This document shows, piece after piece, positions 12,715-26,790 of a stretch of DNA of 64,000 bases. Each line of letters starts with the position of its first letter. Position 1 is the stretch's first letter. This DNA comes from Paraspadella gotoi. Taxonomy: Eukaryota; Animalia; Chaetognatha. The position numbers were made by a program, and so were the translations under genes. The stretch spans positions 24,749,783-24,813,782 of the forward strand of contig CM119267.1 in assembly GCA_051294375.1 (NCBI GenBank), in the 5' to 3' direction. The notes under the pieces are model-generated. The model saw only the letters and a program-made list of their open reading frames with translations, did no database searches and was not told the DNA's origin.

Positions 12715-13500
12715 TTGTGCTAATCAGCAGATCCCGACTTTATAATTCACTTTGTCGGTCCGTTGGTCCGCCCCCTCAATCTTGTCGGGCATTCACATAT
12801 ATCATGTCAGAATATTGAATTATGATAAATTATGCAAAAATAATGATGTCCGTCTGTCTGTCTATCTGTTTGTCTGTCCGTCCAACCCACCTTATCAAAA
12901 AACACCAATTACTCGTGATTGGATGGATGGATTAGAATGAAATTATATGTGTGGGTAGGGAAGAGTGTGATTGAGCTGGATATGAAGTTTCAATCGAATC
13001 GTCTGAGTGGAAATGAGTTACGATAGAAGAAACAAAAAAATATATTTCACTATTTGAACACCAATTACTCATAAATGGATGGGGCGATTGACCTGAAATT
13101 ATGTATGTCGGTGGGAAAGTGTGTGATTAAGCTGGAAATCAAGTTTCGATGGAATCATGTGAGTGGAAATGAGTTTAAAAGGAAAAAAACAAAAACCTGT
13201 TTCACTAATTGATTATGCTTCTTTTTATTTTTATATTAAATGTAAATGCAAGATGTATTAATTAATCAAATAATTAATCGGTTAATTAATCAATTTGTCA
13301 CTTAATTAATCTGAAATTAATTAATCAGTCAATTAATCAATCAAAACAAACATTTTGATCAAATTAATTTCTTAATTTATTAATTTGAATTAATCAATTA
13401 ATTAATTAAGCAATTAACTTAAATTAATTAATTATTAATTAATTAATTACCGATAATGATCGTGGGCAGATCCGACATTATTTGTTCAAACTTATTTTTT
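12715..13500 (+). mobile_element. DINE-1/HINE-like element, diverged copy
   Basis: cagcagatcccgac start, GTCY tract at ~12848-12882, end gggcagatccgacattatttgttcaaactt. Confidence 0.7.
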
Positions 13501-13895
13501 TTAATTGGAATTGAAGTATTTTTTATAGTGACGGTATCGTGTTGTAAGCCTATTGTTTTTGCAATTTCAGCAAAAATCGACCTAAACGTTGTTGTTGTTT
13601 TTTGCTGTTGTTGTTGTAGCCATTTTTGTTGTTTTACTGTTGTTTCCGGTGTTGTAGTCGTTGGTTTTCTTGTTGTTGTTTTTATTTTTTGGCAGAGAAA
13701 ATTATTGATATTTGGACAAAAATTATTAATTCAGTGTTAATTAAAAAAAATTTTAAATTAAAAATTAAAAAAGGGAAGAAAATGAAAGATAAACGAAAAG
13801 AGACGAAAAAAAAAATAAAAGAAAAAAAAAGAGAAACTCAATGGAAAGAAGAAAAGAAGACAGATTGAAACAGAAGAAAATGAGGGGAGAAAATT

Positions 13896-13979
<84 letters not shown>

Positions 13980-14135
13980 CAGAGACACAGAGAGAGAGAG
14001 CCTCAATCCATTTCGTTAAAACGATTCAAAGAGAAAATTCTGATTTTCATGATAAATTACTTTCGTCTTTTCGGTTCTTCTCTCCTTCCCGTCTCACTCT
14101 CTCTCTTTCTCTCTTTCCTCTCTCTCTTCTTTCTC

Positions 14136-14193
<58 letters not shown>

Positions 14194-14342
14194 CTCTCCT
14201 CTCTCTCTCTCTTCTCTCTGCCACTAAATCAGTGGCACCAATAGGTTCTGCTTTGTAAAAAGGCAAAAATAAAGAGCGAAAGATGGAGAAAACGGAGAGT
14301 GAAAGATAGAGCGGGAGAGAGGGAGAGTAGAGGAGAGAAGAG

Positions 14343-14395
<53 letters not shown>

Positions 14396-14471
14396 AAAGA
14401 CTCGGGTTAAAACGCGCCGGCGCTCCAAACTAGAGGCATATGTCGACGTCGAAGAAAGAGTGAAGAAGAAG

Positions 14472-14549
<78 letters not shown>

Positions 14550-14736
14550 AGAGAGATGGAAAAACAAGGAGGTAGAAGGAGGGGCTTTTTTAATTTGCGC
14601 CTTTTTCTTAACTCCACTTTTTTTGTTGCGATTTTTCAAATTCTGTTTTCTCGCGAATTCAAATCAAGGTAGAACTTTAGTAAAAAAATGTAATTGAAAT
14701 GGAAATGAAAAGAAACAAATTATGAATTTAAAAGTA

Positions 14737-14814
14737 GCAGATTCAAAAACAAAAGTTTTTAATAGTTTTACAACGATTTGTAAAACTATTAAAAACTTTC
14801 GTTTTCGAATCTGC
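14737..14814. repeat. 37-bp-arm inverted repeat (hairpin)
   Basis: gcagattcaaaaacaaaagtttttaatagttttacaa-cgat-ttgtaaaactattaaaaactttcgttttcgaatctgc. Confidence 0.9.
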
Positions 14815-16561
14815 GACTCTCATGAACAACGAAAAGAGAGAAAAATACACAATGAATTTAAAAGTAAAAAATGAAAATTTAAAATTATGGAAGAAATTTT
14901 TAATTTAAAAGACAAGAAACAAAAAATTAAAATGAATTAAAGAAAATAATTAAACATTAAAAAAATTTGAACAGTATAAACAAATTACAAATTATGAATT
15001 TCAAAATCAAACCTAAAGCTGGTAATTCACAACTGATTTATCCTACTTAGCTAAATGTGAAGCAGATAAATGAAATAGAATTAAACAAAATGAAATAATC
15101 TTAGGAAACGATACATTTTGAATCGAATGCAACACAAAAATGAAGTGTTTTATTCATATTAGATTATGATACAGCACATACAGACAGTACATACAGTAAA
15201 TAAATGTAACAAAACAGAGACCCCTCAAAAAATTATGTGATTGGACAATTTTATCTGTATTATCTACTATATTAAAACTTCATTTTTTGTATATGTACTT
15301 TTCATGGATTTTGTCTATTATGGAAGATATTTATTAGTTACAGGTATTGGTTACAGTTACTTGTTGGTTTAAATATTTTAATACATATTTTTTGTAACAT
15401 TTTCCATTTTCTCTTTTCCCTTTTTTTTTACTTTCCCTCTTTCGTTTTCTCTCTCATTTCCTCTTTCCTTCTTTTTTCTCCTCTTCTATCTTCCTCTATT
15501 TGTTTTCTCCTTTTCACAAACAGAGTTTCTTGTTCTTTTTTTTCTCTCTTTCCTTTTTTCTCTCCTTTTCTTTTCCTTTTGCATCTTTCATGGCTTCATT
15601 TTCTTCTCTCTTTGGGCAGAAGTTAATTTCTCTACTTTTTTGGGGATTCTCTTTCTTTTTTTCTTTTTTTTTTCCTTTTTAACTTTGTTTTCTTTTTGTC
15701 TCAATTTTTCTTTGTTTTCTTCTTCCGTTTTTTCCCTTTTTTCTCTTATGTTTTTTTTTCCTTCGTTTTGTTTTTTCTCTTTTTTTTTTTCTTTCGCGTC
15801 GTTTTTCTTTTCGTCATAAATTCAATCAGCGACGAACAACGACAAAAAAAAATAGAATTCTGTCTCAGTCTCTTAACTTTCCATCTCCCTATCACTGTAT
15901 TTATCTGTTCTCTCTCCCTCTACCTCCCATTGTCTCTGTCTCTATCTGTCTCCTCCGTCTCCCTCTCCCACCCATTGTCTCTGTCTCTATCTGTGTCTTC
16001 TCTTTCCCTCTGACTCTCTCAGTCTCTGTCTCTCTCCTCTCTCCCTCTCACTCTGTGCCGAGGGGGAAAAAGAGATCGTATTTATAGCGAATTTAGTAGT
16101 AATACGATTTTTATTGAGAAGAAATTCGATGAACGACATCGAGAATTTTCTCTTTTTGCTACGACGACGACGACGACGACGACGACAGTGACGTAGAAGA
16201 CAGGGCAGCAATTCTAGATCAAATACTGTCACGAATACAGTGGTCACCTGAAAATGCAAATGTACTTTTGGGACGAAAGAGCGAATGAAATGATGAGACA
16301 TCATTTATTTACTCGTGACCAATATCTCTCTCTCTCTCTCTCTCTACTCTCCTCTTCTCTCTCTTCTCTCTCTCTCTCTCTCTATAAACATTGCCCGTCC
16401 TTCCTGGCTTCTGTCGTCGTCAAAAATTGAAAATATGATTATTAATGTGTATGTATCATGTTTATTTATCGAAAACGAGGCCAAAATTATGCTTGAGGAT
16501 GGAGGAAATTGAAAAAAGTTCGTTTGTTTATTAATAGTTTAGAGACATAGTCATTTTTCTT

Positions 16562-16603
<42 letters not shown>

Positions 16604-17233
16604 GTCGATGCTCTCCCTCTCAGGCGGCAGCAGGTTTAGTCTTAAACCTAATTTTCGTTGTTTTCTTTCATGAATAAAAAATAAGTTCATCAAACTTGGA
16701 AGAATCTTGGTTCATCCAAAGTGTTGCGCCGTAGTGAATTTAGATTCACGTGTATTTCCCTTTGATCACATGATATGACATGACATGACATGACATGACA
16801 TAACTAAAGTACTTTCTTAGCCTGTGTATTTATGACATGCACTACATCGAACTTCCGTCTTTTATTCTTTATAGTTTTAGGATTAAACAGACGGACCAAT
16901 AATTGTCTTACCTCAATTTAATTTTTAATTTGCAAAAAAAGTCAGATGCAAAGCTCAAGAAACTGAGGCCAAAAAACGGAGCCCAAGAAACGGAGCTCAA
17001 CAAACAGAGGCCAAAAAACGGAGCCCAAGAAACAGAGTCCAAACAGGACAACGCCGGAAATGATGACGACGCCGCTCACGACGCCTGAATCTAAATCAAT
17101 CGGCGCCGGAGATTGGCGTCGATGGAATTGACGCCGGCGATAAAACCATTTGAACGACGCAAATATGCAAATGTGATTTTCCGACCTTGGAACGAAGCCG
17201 AGAACGATGTTTGTTTACTTGATCTATCGCTCG

Positions 17234-17280
<47 letters not shown>

Positions 17281-17996
17281 TCTCTCTTCATCTTCTCTCT
17301 CTCTGTCGACAGACCTGATAATTAGTGAAGGCGAAATCCTCGACTCTCGTCTCCCGACTGAAGTCAAGTCTGAGGAGAGAAATTTTCTGCGAGGGGAAAA
17401 TAATGTTAAATTGGAGTGTCAGAAGAGAGAAGAGAGAGAGAGAGAGAGAGAAGAGAGAGAGGAGAGAGAGAGAGAGAGACGAGAGAGAGGAGAAAGGAGA
17501 GAGAGGTGGTGGGAGGAAGGAGAGATAAAGAGAGAGGGAGAGAGAAAGAGAGAGGGAGAGATACGAAGGAGGAAAAGGCCCAGCTTATTAAGAGGAAGAA
17601 AGAGAAAAGGAAATAGAAAAGAGAAATTAAACACTGTCACTAAACAGCAAAAAAAAAGGTTTGTTATATTTGATTGTCGTAGAATATTTATTGAGGGTAG
17701 AAGGAAGAAAAGTGGCCAATGTCAGAATGGTCAGAGAGATAAAGGCATTGTTTTCGGCATGAGAGGGCATGGGAATGGAAGCGAGGGGCTGAGCAGTGAG
17801 CAGTGAGCATGGTGTGACAGGGTGTAGGAATCATGGAGACAGGGAGAGTTTTGCATGGTGGGCATGGTGAACAATGTTCACCACTGAACATGGATGGAAA
17901 GACACGTGGGTCGTGACAAGTATTTGAATTGCGCATTTGAGTTGAGACTTCATCTGATTCATTTCTTCGCTTAATTTGGCAGAAAATAAGATACAC

Positions 17997-18032
<36 letters not shown>

Positions 18033-18111
18033 GAAAGAGAGAAGAGAGCGAAGAGAGTGAGAGAGAGGAGAGAGAGAGAGAGAGAGAGTAGAGATAGAAG
18101 GAGAGAGAGAG

Positions 18112-18143
<32 letters not shown>

Positions 18144-18926
18144 GAGTGAGTGGTATCTTATTTTCTGTCTGCAAATTAAAGTCGAAGAATGAATGGCAGA
18201 TGAAGTCTCAGACTTCAATATGCGCAATTCCAAATACTTTGTCACGGACCCACGTGTGTCTTTACCATCCATGGTTCAGGTGGTGACATTGTTCACGCAT
18301 GCGCCACGCAAATGCAAAACTCTCCCTGTCTCCCATGATTCGCTGACAGCCCTGTCACGACATAGCTCCATGGCTCACTGCTCACGGTGCCACCCTCGCT
18401 TCCATTCCCATGCCTCTCAGTCTGCCGAAAACAATGCCTTTTGATCCTCTCGTGACCATTCTGACATTGGCCATCGTTTTCTTCCTTCTAACCCGCTCAA
18501 GTAAAATATTCTGATACGGACAATCAAATAATAACAAACCCTGTTTTTTTTTGCTTGTTTGAGGTGACAGTGTTTTAAGTTTCTCCTTTTCCTATTTCCT
18601 TTTCTCTTTCTTCTCTTAATAGGCTGGGCCTTTCCTCCTTCGTATCTCTCCCTCTCTCTTTCTCTCTCCCTCTCTCTTTATCTCTCCTTCCTCCCACCAC
18701 CTCTCTCTCCTTTCTCCTCTCTCTCGTCTCTCTCTCTCTCTCTTCCTCTCTCTCTTCTCTCTCTCTCTCTCTCTCTTCTCTCTTCTGACACTCCAATTTA
18801 ACATTATTTTCCCCTCGCAGAAAATTTCTCTCCTCAGACTTGACTTCAGTCGGGAGACGAGAGTCGAGGATTTCGCCTTCACTAATTATCAGGTCTGTCG
18901 ACAGAGAGAGAGAAGATGAAGAGAGA

Positions 18927-18977
<51 letters not shown>

Positions 18978-19647
18978 TAGCGAGGCGATAGATCAAGTAA
19001 ACAAACATCGTTCTCGGCTTCGTTTCCAAGGTCGAAAATCACATTTGCATATTTGCGTCGTTCAAATGGTTTTTATGCCGGCGTCAATTCCATCAGACGC
19101 CAATCTCCGGCGCCGCATTGATTTAGATTCAGGCTCGTGAGCGGCGTCGTCATCATTTCCGGCGTTGTCCTGTTTGGACTCTGTTTCTTGGGCTCCGTTT
19201 TTTGGCCTCTGATTTGATTGGCTCCGTTTCTTGGGCTTCCGTTTTTTTGGCCTCAGTTTCTTGAGCTTTGCATCTGACTTTTTTTGCAAATTAAAAATTA
19301 AAATGAGGTAAGACAATTATTGGTCCTCTGTTTTAATCCTAAAACTATAAAAGATAAAAGACGGAAGTTCGATGTAGTGCATGTCATAAATACACAGGCT
19401 AAGAAAGTACTTTAGTTATGTCATGTCATGTTCTGTCATGTCATATCATGTGATCAAAGGGAAATACACGTGAATCTAAATTCACTACGGCGCAACCCTT
19501 TGGATGAACCAAGATTCTTCCAAGTTTGATGAACTTATTTTTATTCATGAAGAAAACAACGAAAAATTAGGTTTAAGACTAAACCTGCCGCCTGAGGAGG
19601 GAGAGCATCGACTTTGAGAATGAGAGAGAGAGAGAGAGAGAGAGAGA

Positions 19648-19687
<40 letters not shown>

Positions 19688-19874
19688 AGAGAAGAGGAAG
19701 AAAATGTTATATTTTATGGTTCATAAACTATTAATAAACAAACGACTTTTTGTCAATTTTTCCATCCTCAAGCATAATTTTGGCCTCGTTTTCGATAATA
19801 AACATGATACATAAACATAAATATCATATTTTCAATTTTTGACGCGACCAGAAGCAGGAAGGACGGGCAATGTT

Positions 19875-19916
<42 letters not shown>

Positions 19917-21727
19917 GAGAGATGAGAGAGAGAGAGAGAGATATTGGTCACGAGTAAATAAATGATGTGCTCATCATTTCATTCGCTCTTTCGTCCAAAA
20001 GTACATTTGCATTTTCAGGTACCACTGTATTCGTGACAGTATTATGATCTAGAATTGCTGCCTGTCTTCTAGTCACTGTCGTCGTCCGTCGTACGCGTCG
20101 TCGTAGCAAAAAGAGAAAATTCCTCGATGTCGTTCATCGAATTCTTCTCATAAAAATCGTATTACTACTAAATTTCGCATAAATACGATCTCTTTTTCCC
20201 CCTCGGCACAGAGTGAGAGGGAGAGAGGAGAAGAGCACAGAGACTGAGAGAGTCAGAGGGAAAGAGAAGACACAGTATAGAGACAGAGACAATGGGTGGG
20301 GAGAGGGAGACGGAAGGAGACAGATAGAGACAGAGACAATGCGAGGTAGAGGGAGAGAGAACAGATAAATACAGTGATAGGGAGATGGAAAGTTAAGAGA
20401 CTGAGACAGAATTCTATTTTTTTTTTGTCGTTGTTCGCGCTGATTGAATTTATGACGAAAAGGAAAAACGACGCGAAAGAAAAAAAAGAAGAGAAAGAAA
20501 CAAAACGAAGGAAAAAAAAAACATAAGAGAAAAAAGGGAAAGAAAAAGAAGAAAACAAAGAAAAATTGAGGACAAAAAAGAAAACAAAGTTAAAAAGGAA
20601 AAAAAAAGAAAAAAAGAAAGAGAATCCCCAAAAAAGTTAGAGAGAAATTAACTTCTGCCCAAAGAGAGAAGAAAATGAAGCCATGAAAGATCAAAAGGAA
20701 AGAGAAAAGGAGAGAAAAAAGGAAGAGAGAAAAAAAAAGAACAAGAAACTCTGTTTGTGAAAAGGAGAAAACAAATAGAGGAAGATGAGAAGAGGAGGAA
20801 AAAAGAGGAAAGAGGAAATGAGAGAGAAAACGAAAGAGGGAAAGTAAAGAAAAAGGGAAAGAGAAAATGGAAATGTTACAAAAAATATGTATTAAAATAT
20901 TTAAACCAAACAAGTAGACTGTAACCAATACCTGTAACTAATAAAAATCTTCCATAATAGACAAAATCCGATGAAAAGTACATATACAAAAAATGAAGTT
21001 TTAATTTATAGTAGATAATACAGATAAAAATTGTCCAATCACATAATTTTTTGAGGGGTCTCTGTTTTGTTACATTTATTTACTGTATGTACTGTCTGTA
21101 TGTGCTGTATCATAATCTAATATGAATAAAACAATTCATTTTTGTGTTGCATTCGATTCAAAATGTATCGTTTCTAAGATTATTTCATTTTGTTTAATTC
21201 ATTTCATTTATCTGCTTCACATTTAGCTAAGTAGGATAAATCAGTTGTGAATTACCAGCTTTAGGTTGATTTGAAATTCATAATTTGTAATTTGTTTATA
21301 CTGTTCAAATTTTTTTAATGTTAATTATTTTTCTTTAATTCATTTTTAATTTTTTGTTTCTCTGTCTTTTAAATTAAAAATTTCTTCATAATTTTAAATT
21401 TCAATTTTTTTACTTTTTAAATTCTTGTGTATTTTTTCTCTCTTTTCGTTGTTCATGAAGAGTCGCAGATTCGAAAACGAAAGTTTTTAATAGTTTTTAC
21501 AAATCGTTGTAAAACTATTAAAAACTTTTGTTTTTGAAATCTGCTACTTTTTAAATTCATAATTTGTTTCTTTTCATTTCCATTTCAATTACATTTTTTT
21601 ACCTAAAGTTCTACCTGATTTGAATTCGCGAGAAAACAGAAATTTAAAAGATCGCTACAAAAAAAGTGGAGTTAAGAAAAAAGGGCGCAAATTAAAAAAG
21701 CCCCTCCTTCTACCTCCTTGTTTTTCC

Positions 21728-21791
<64 letters not shown>

Positions 21792-22047
21792 CTCTTCTCT
21801 CACTCTTTCTTCGACGTCGACATATGCCTCTAGTTGAGCGCCGGCCGCGTTTTAACCCGAGTCTTTCTCTCTCTCCTCTCTCTCTCTCTCTCTCCTGTCT
21901 CTCTCTTTCGTCTCTCTTCTCTTTCTCTCTCCTCTAACTCTCCTCTCTTCCCGCTCTATCTTTCACTCTCCGTTTTCTCCATTCTTCGCTCTTTATCTTT
22001 TGCCTTTTTACAAAGCAGAACCTATTGGTGCCACTGGATTTAGTGGC

Positions 22048-22111
<64 letters not shown>

Positions 22112-22279
22112 GAGAGAGAAAGAGAGAAAGAGAAAAGAGAGAAAAGAGAGAGAGTGTAGACGGGGAAGGAGGAAGAACGAAAAGACGAAAGTAATTATTC
22201 ATGAAAATCAGATTTCTCTTTTGAATCGTTTTATAACGAATGGATTGAGGCTCTCTCTCTCTGTCTCTGTCTCTCTCTC

Positions 22280-22355
<76 letters not shown>

Positions 22356-22759
22356 TTTTCTCCCCTTTCATTTTCTCCTTCTGTTTCAATCTGTCTTCTT
22401 TTCTTCTTTCCATTGAGTTTCTCTTTTTTTTTTCTTTTTTTTTTTTTCGTCTCTTTTCGTTATCTTTCATTTTTCTTCCCTTTTTTAATTTTTAATTTAA
22501 AAATTTTTTTTAAATTAAACACTGAAATTAATAATTTTTGTCCAAATGATCAATATTTTCTCTGCCCAAAAAAATAAAACAACAACAAGAAAACCACGAC
22601 TACAACACCGGAAAACAACAGTAAAAACAACAAAAACTGGCCTTTACAACAACAACAGCAAAAAAACAACAAAACGTTTAGCGCTTATTGCTGAAATTGC
22701 AAAAAAATAGGCTACAACACGATACCGTCACTATAAAAAATACTTCAATTCCAATAAAA

Positions 22760-24575
22760 AAAATAAGTTTGAACAAATAATGTCGGATCTGCCCCACGAT
22801 CCATTATCGGTAATTAATTAATAATAATTAATTAATTTAGTTAATGCTTAATTAATTAATTGGATTAATTCAAATTAATAAATTAAGAAAATTAATTTGA
22901 TCAAAATGTTGTTTTGATTGATTAATTGACTGATTAATTAATTTCAGATTATTAAGTGACAAATTGATTAATTAACCGATTAATTATTTGATTAATTAAT
23001 CATTCTTTACTTCTTAACATTTATATAAAAATAAAAAGAAGGCATAATCAAATTAGTGAAACAGGTTTTTGTTTTTTTCCTTTAAACTCATTTCCACTCA
23101 CATGATTCCATCAAACTTGATTCAGCTTAATCACACCACTTTCTACGCGACTTACATAATTTCAGTCAATCGCCCCATCCATTTATGAGTAATTGGCGTT
23201 CAAATAGGAAATATATTGTTTTTGTTTCTTCTATCGTAACTCATTCCAGCTCAGAACGATTCGATGAAACTTCAATATCCAGCTCAATCACACTCTTCCC
23301 TACCACACATATAATTTCATTTCTATCCATCCATCCAATCACGAGTAATTGGTGTTTTTGATAAGGTGGGTTGGACGGACAGACAAACAGATAGACAGAC
23401 AGACGGACATCATTATTTTTTGCATAATTTATCATAATTCAATATTCTGACATGATTATATGTGAATGCCCGACAAGATTGAGGGGGCGGACCAACGGAC
23501 CCGACAAAGTGAATTATAAAGTCGGGATCTGCCTGATTACACAAATTTATTGTCGATTTGGCATAATTTTTACTTTTGTAGTCACCCCGCCTGTAAGCAT
23601 AATACCAGTGCAGTGGCTCATTTAGTAAAGCCAAGAACTCATGACCACTAGGTACCAGGTTCAATCTCAACCCGGGGTACACTACCCTGTGAAAAGCGTG
23701 GGGACGGCCCTAAACTGCTTTGGGGGCGTGGGAACCCTCAAGTCTGGTTCCAAGCAGGACCCGTTCATTGCTGCTGTCACGGCACAGAAGATACAGATAG
23801 TAGTCATCAGCTCACTTAGCGTCTCTCCACACTTTCGCCGACTTCGGTTAGGTAATAGTTAATGATTTATTTCTAAGTAGTAGTTTTTAGCCGGATCTGC
23901 TTACAGCAGATTCCGCTCTATATTCACTTTGTCTGTCCGTGTGGTCCGCAACCCAATCTTCTCAGGCCTTCATTAATATCATGTCAGAACATTGAATTAT
24001 GATAAATTATGTAAAAAAAAGATGTCCATATGTCTGTCTGTCCGTCCGTCTACCTTAGCAAAAAAACCACCAATTACTCGTGATTTGATGGATGGATTGA
24101 ATGAAATTTTGTATGTGGTGGGAAAGTGTGTGATTGAGCTGGAAATCCAGTTTCGATGGAATCGTCCGTGTGGAAAAATGGGGTTAAAATGAAAAAAAAA
24201 AAAATTATTATTTGAACACCAATTAATATGAGTGCTTGGGGCGATTGACTTCAATTTTTTATGTGGGTAGGAAAGTGTGTCATTGAACAGGAAAATAAAG
24301 TTACGATGGAATCGTCCAAGTGGGAATGAGTTAAAATGGGAAAAACTAACAATCTATTTCACTATTTGATTATGCTTTTTTATTCTTATACTAAATGTAA
24401 ATTTCAAGCTTGCTGATCGAGATTGTTGTTTTGTGATTGAGAGGCGAGACAAAGTGGAAAACGATTTTGACACGAATTAAAAAAAATTAATATTAATTAA
24501 TTAATTAATTATCTGATCAGCTTGCTTACCGCTAATGATCTGGGCAGATCCGCATTGTTTGCTCAAACTTGTTTA
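22760..24575. mobile_element. Mirror copy of the HINE-SINE-HINE block at 11682-13500
   Basis: Part of the inverted duplication. Confidence 0.75.
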
Positions 24576-24757
24576 AAAAAGAAGCCAAAACTCCAGTCGG
24601 CGAAAGTAAAATTTTACCGTTATTTTTTTTTTTTTTAAAGTTAAAATTTAATTTAAGCAAGGTAATGACATGAAAACTACGTATAAATATGAGTTAAAAC
24701 TATCTTTTTTTTCCTTGCCTTCTTATATTTGGAGAAAAAGCAAAATTTCTGCCCGCT

Positions 24758-24805
<48 letters not shown>

Positions 24806-25150
24806 CTCTCTCTCTCTCTCTCTCTTCTCCTTCAACCTTTATACACACGTCTCTTTTTTTCTTTCAAAAAGACTTGTTTTTCTGCGCAAAGTAAGAATTA
24901 TGTAAATCGGTTCATTTTCTCTGCCGCTGGGACTCGTAGCAGAACCGAGAATTTGAAAGGAAAAAAATCTTTTTGGATCTAAGAAAATAAAAAGACAGAA
25001 AAGGAAGAAAAAGAAAGGAAAAAAAGGGGAGAAGGGTGAGAAATAAAAAAAGAAAAAAGAAAAAAAGGATAAAAAATGTTTTGTATCAAAAATCGAGACA
25101 AGAAGAGAAAGAAGAAGAAAAAAATGAAGAAGAATTAAGACGTTGCTTGA

Positions 25151-25204
<54 letters not shown>

Positions 25205-25310
25205 TATGGCGGGACGGGTTCCTTTCGATCCCAGATTGAGAAGAGGAAAAGGAGGAGGAGACAAAGGGAGGCAGAGCGTTAGGAAAAGGTTACAAAGGAG
25301 AGAGTGTTGC

Positions 25311-25385
<75 letters not shown>

Positions 25386-26253
25386 AATGAGAGAAACAAT
25401 AAAAGACAGAAAAAACTCGCGGCTGACGATGTCGATGGAGACGGTGGCTGCGGCGGCGGCAGCGACTGCGGCGTCGGCGCCGCGGCGGCGCGAGAGCAAA
25501 ACAGGACTTAAAAGTTGGTTTTTCTTTCTGCGCTAAATACTAACTGCAACTTTGCACCGATTAAATTTATTACACTGTACGGTTACACGATAAATTGCAT
25601 CAACTTGCTATATTGACTGTACGCTAGAATGGATCACCTCGCTATACTTGCTTTATGCTAAATGGAATCACTCGCTATATTGACTTATTGCTTAATCGAT
25701 CNNNNNNNNNNNNNNNNNNNNNNNNNCTCTCTCTCTCTCTCTCTTAAAATTGAATTTAGAGAAATTTATTCTAAAGATACAACAATTGAAAATAATTGGT
25801 ATCATTGTAAAAAACGGAAAAGGTTCCATCTTAAACATAAGATAATCTTTCTTTTTTAATTTACCATTTCCTCGTTTATTTATTCAACGAATTTTTAATT
25901 GTTTGTTTTTTATTTTTTAAATATTTTTATGTACATAATATTCATGTACGGCCTTCTTATGATCCTGTGATTGTAAATGTGTTTTAATGACATTATGAGC
26001 AGATAAATAAATCAATCTCTCTCTCTCTCTCTGACTTTTTCTCTCTCTCTCCCTCTCTCTTACTTTTCTAATTTTTCTCTCTTCTCATTTCTTGCAACAA
26101 GCTCTTCCTGCCCTCTGCCCTTTTCTCTTATGTATATTTATATATACATGAATATATATCTCTCTCTCTGTCTTTCTCTCCCTCTATCTTTCTCTCTTTA
26201 TCACTCTATAGTTACATTCTTAATTTGTAAACTCGTTCCAATTTAGAATTCCC

Positions 26254-26790
26254 TTCTTCATATATTTAATATTATCTTCTTCATATATTTAATATTATCT
26301 TCTTCATATATTTAATATTCTCTTCTACATATATTTAATATTCTCTTCTTCATATATTTAATATTATCTTCTTCATATATTTAATATTATCTTCTTCATA
26401 TATTTAATATTCTCTTCTTCATATATTTAATATTCTCTTCTTCATATATTTAATATTCTCTTCTTCCTATATTTGATATTCTCTTCTTCATATATTTACT
26501 ATTATTTTCTTCATATATTTAATATTCTCTTCTTCATATATTTAATATTCTCTTCTTTATATATTTAATATTATCTTCTTCATATATTTAATATTATCTT
26601 CTTCATATATTTAATATTCTCTTCTTCATATATTTAATATTATCTTCTTCATATATTTAATATTATCTTCTTCATATATTTAATATTCTCTTTTTCATAT
26701 ATTTAATATTCTCTTCTTCATATATTTAATATTCTCTTCTTCATATATTTAATATTATCTTCTTCATATATTTAATATTCTCTTCTTCAT
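26254..26790. repeat. 23-bp AT-rich minisatellite, about 23 copies
   Basis: Unit ttcttcatatatttaatatt(a/c)tc. Confidence 0.95.

Larger units (their letters stand above)
9240..12897. repeat. ~1.8 kb direct duplication either side of the 25-N gap (11070-11094); probable artefact
   Basis: 9240-11060 is nearly identical to 11095-12897. Confidence 0.9.
8740..25701. repeat. Large inverted duplication centred on the (CT)n/(GA)n tract at ~18030; probable assembly artefact
   Basis: 18031-25701 is the reverse complement of 8740-18030 with only one copy of the 1.8 kb tandem unit. It differs mainly by scattered single-base indels and ends at a 25-N gap. Confidence 0.9.

Noticed and set aside
9240-12897. 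1.8 kb tandem duplication as a real segmental duplication
   Set aside because: The copies abut a 25-N gap, differ mainly by indel noise, and the mirrored arm contains only one copy
16758-16767. TCF/LEF sites CCTTTGATC here and near 3973
   Set aside because: A couple of 9-mer hits in 64 kb is not clearly above chance
18001-18150. Sequencing adapter at the palindrome centre
   Set aside because: Only noisy (CT)n/(GA)n is visible, with no recognisable adapter loop
26254-26790. 23-bp array as a functional array
   Set aside because: Simple AT-rich minisatellite with two interchanging variants and no spacers
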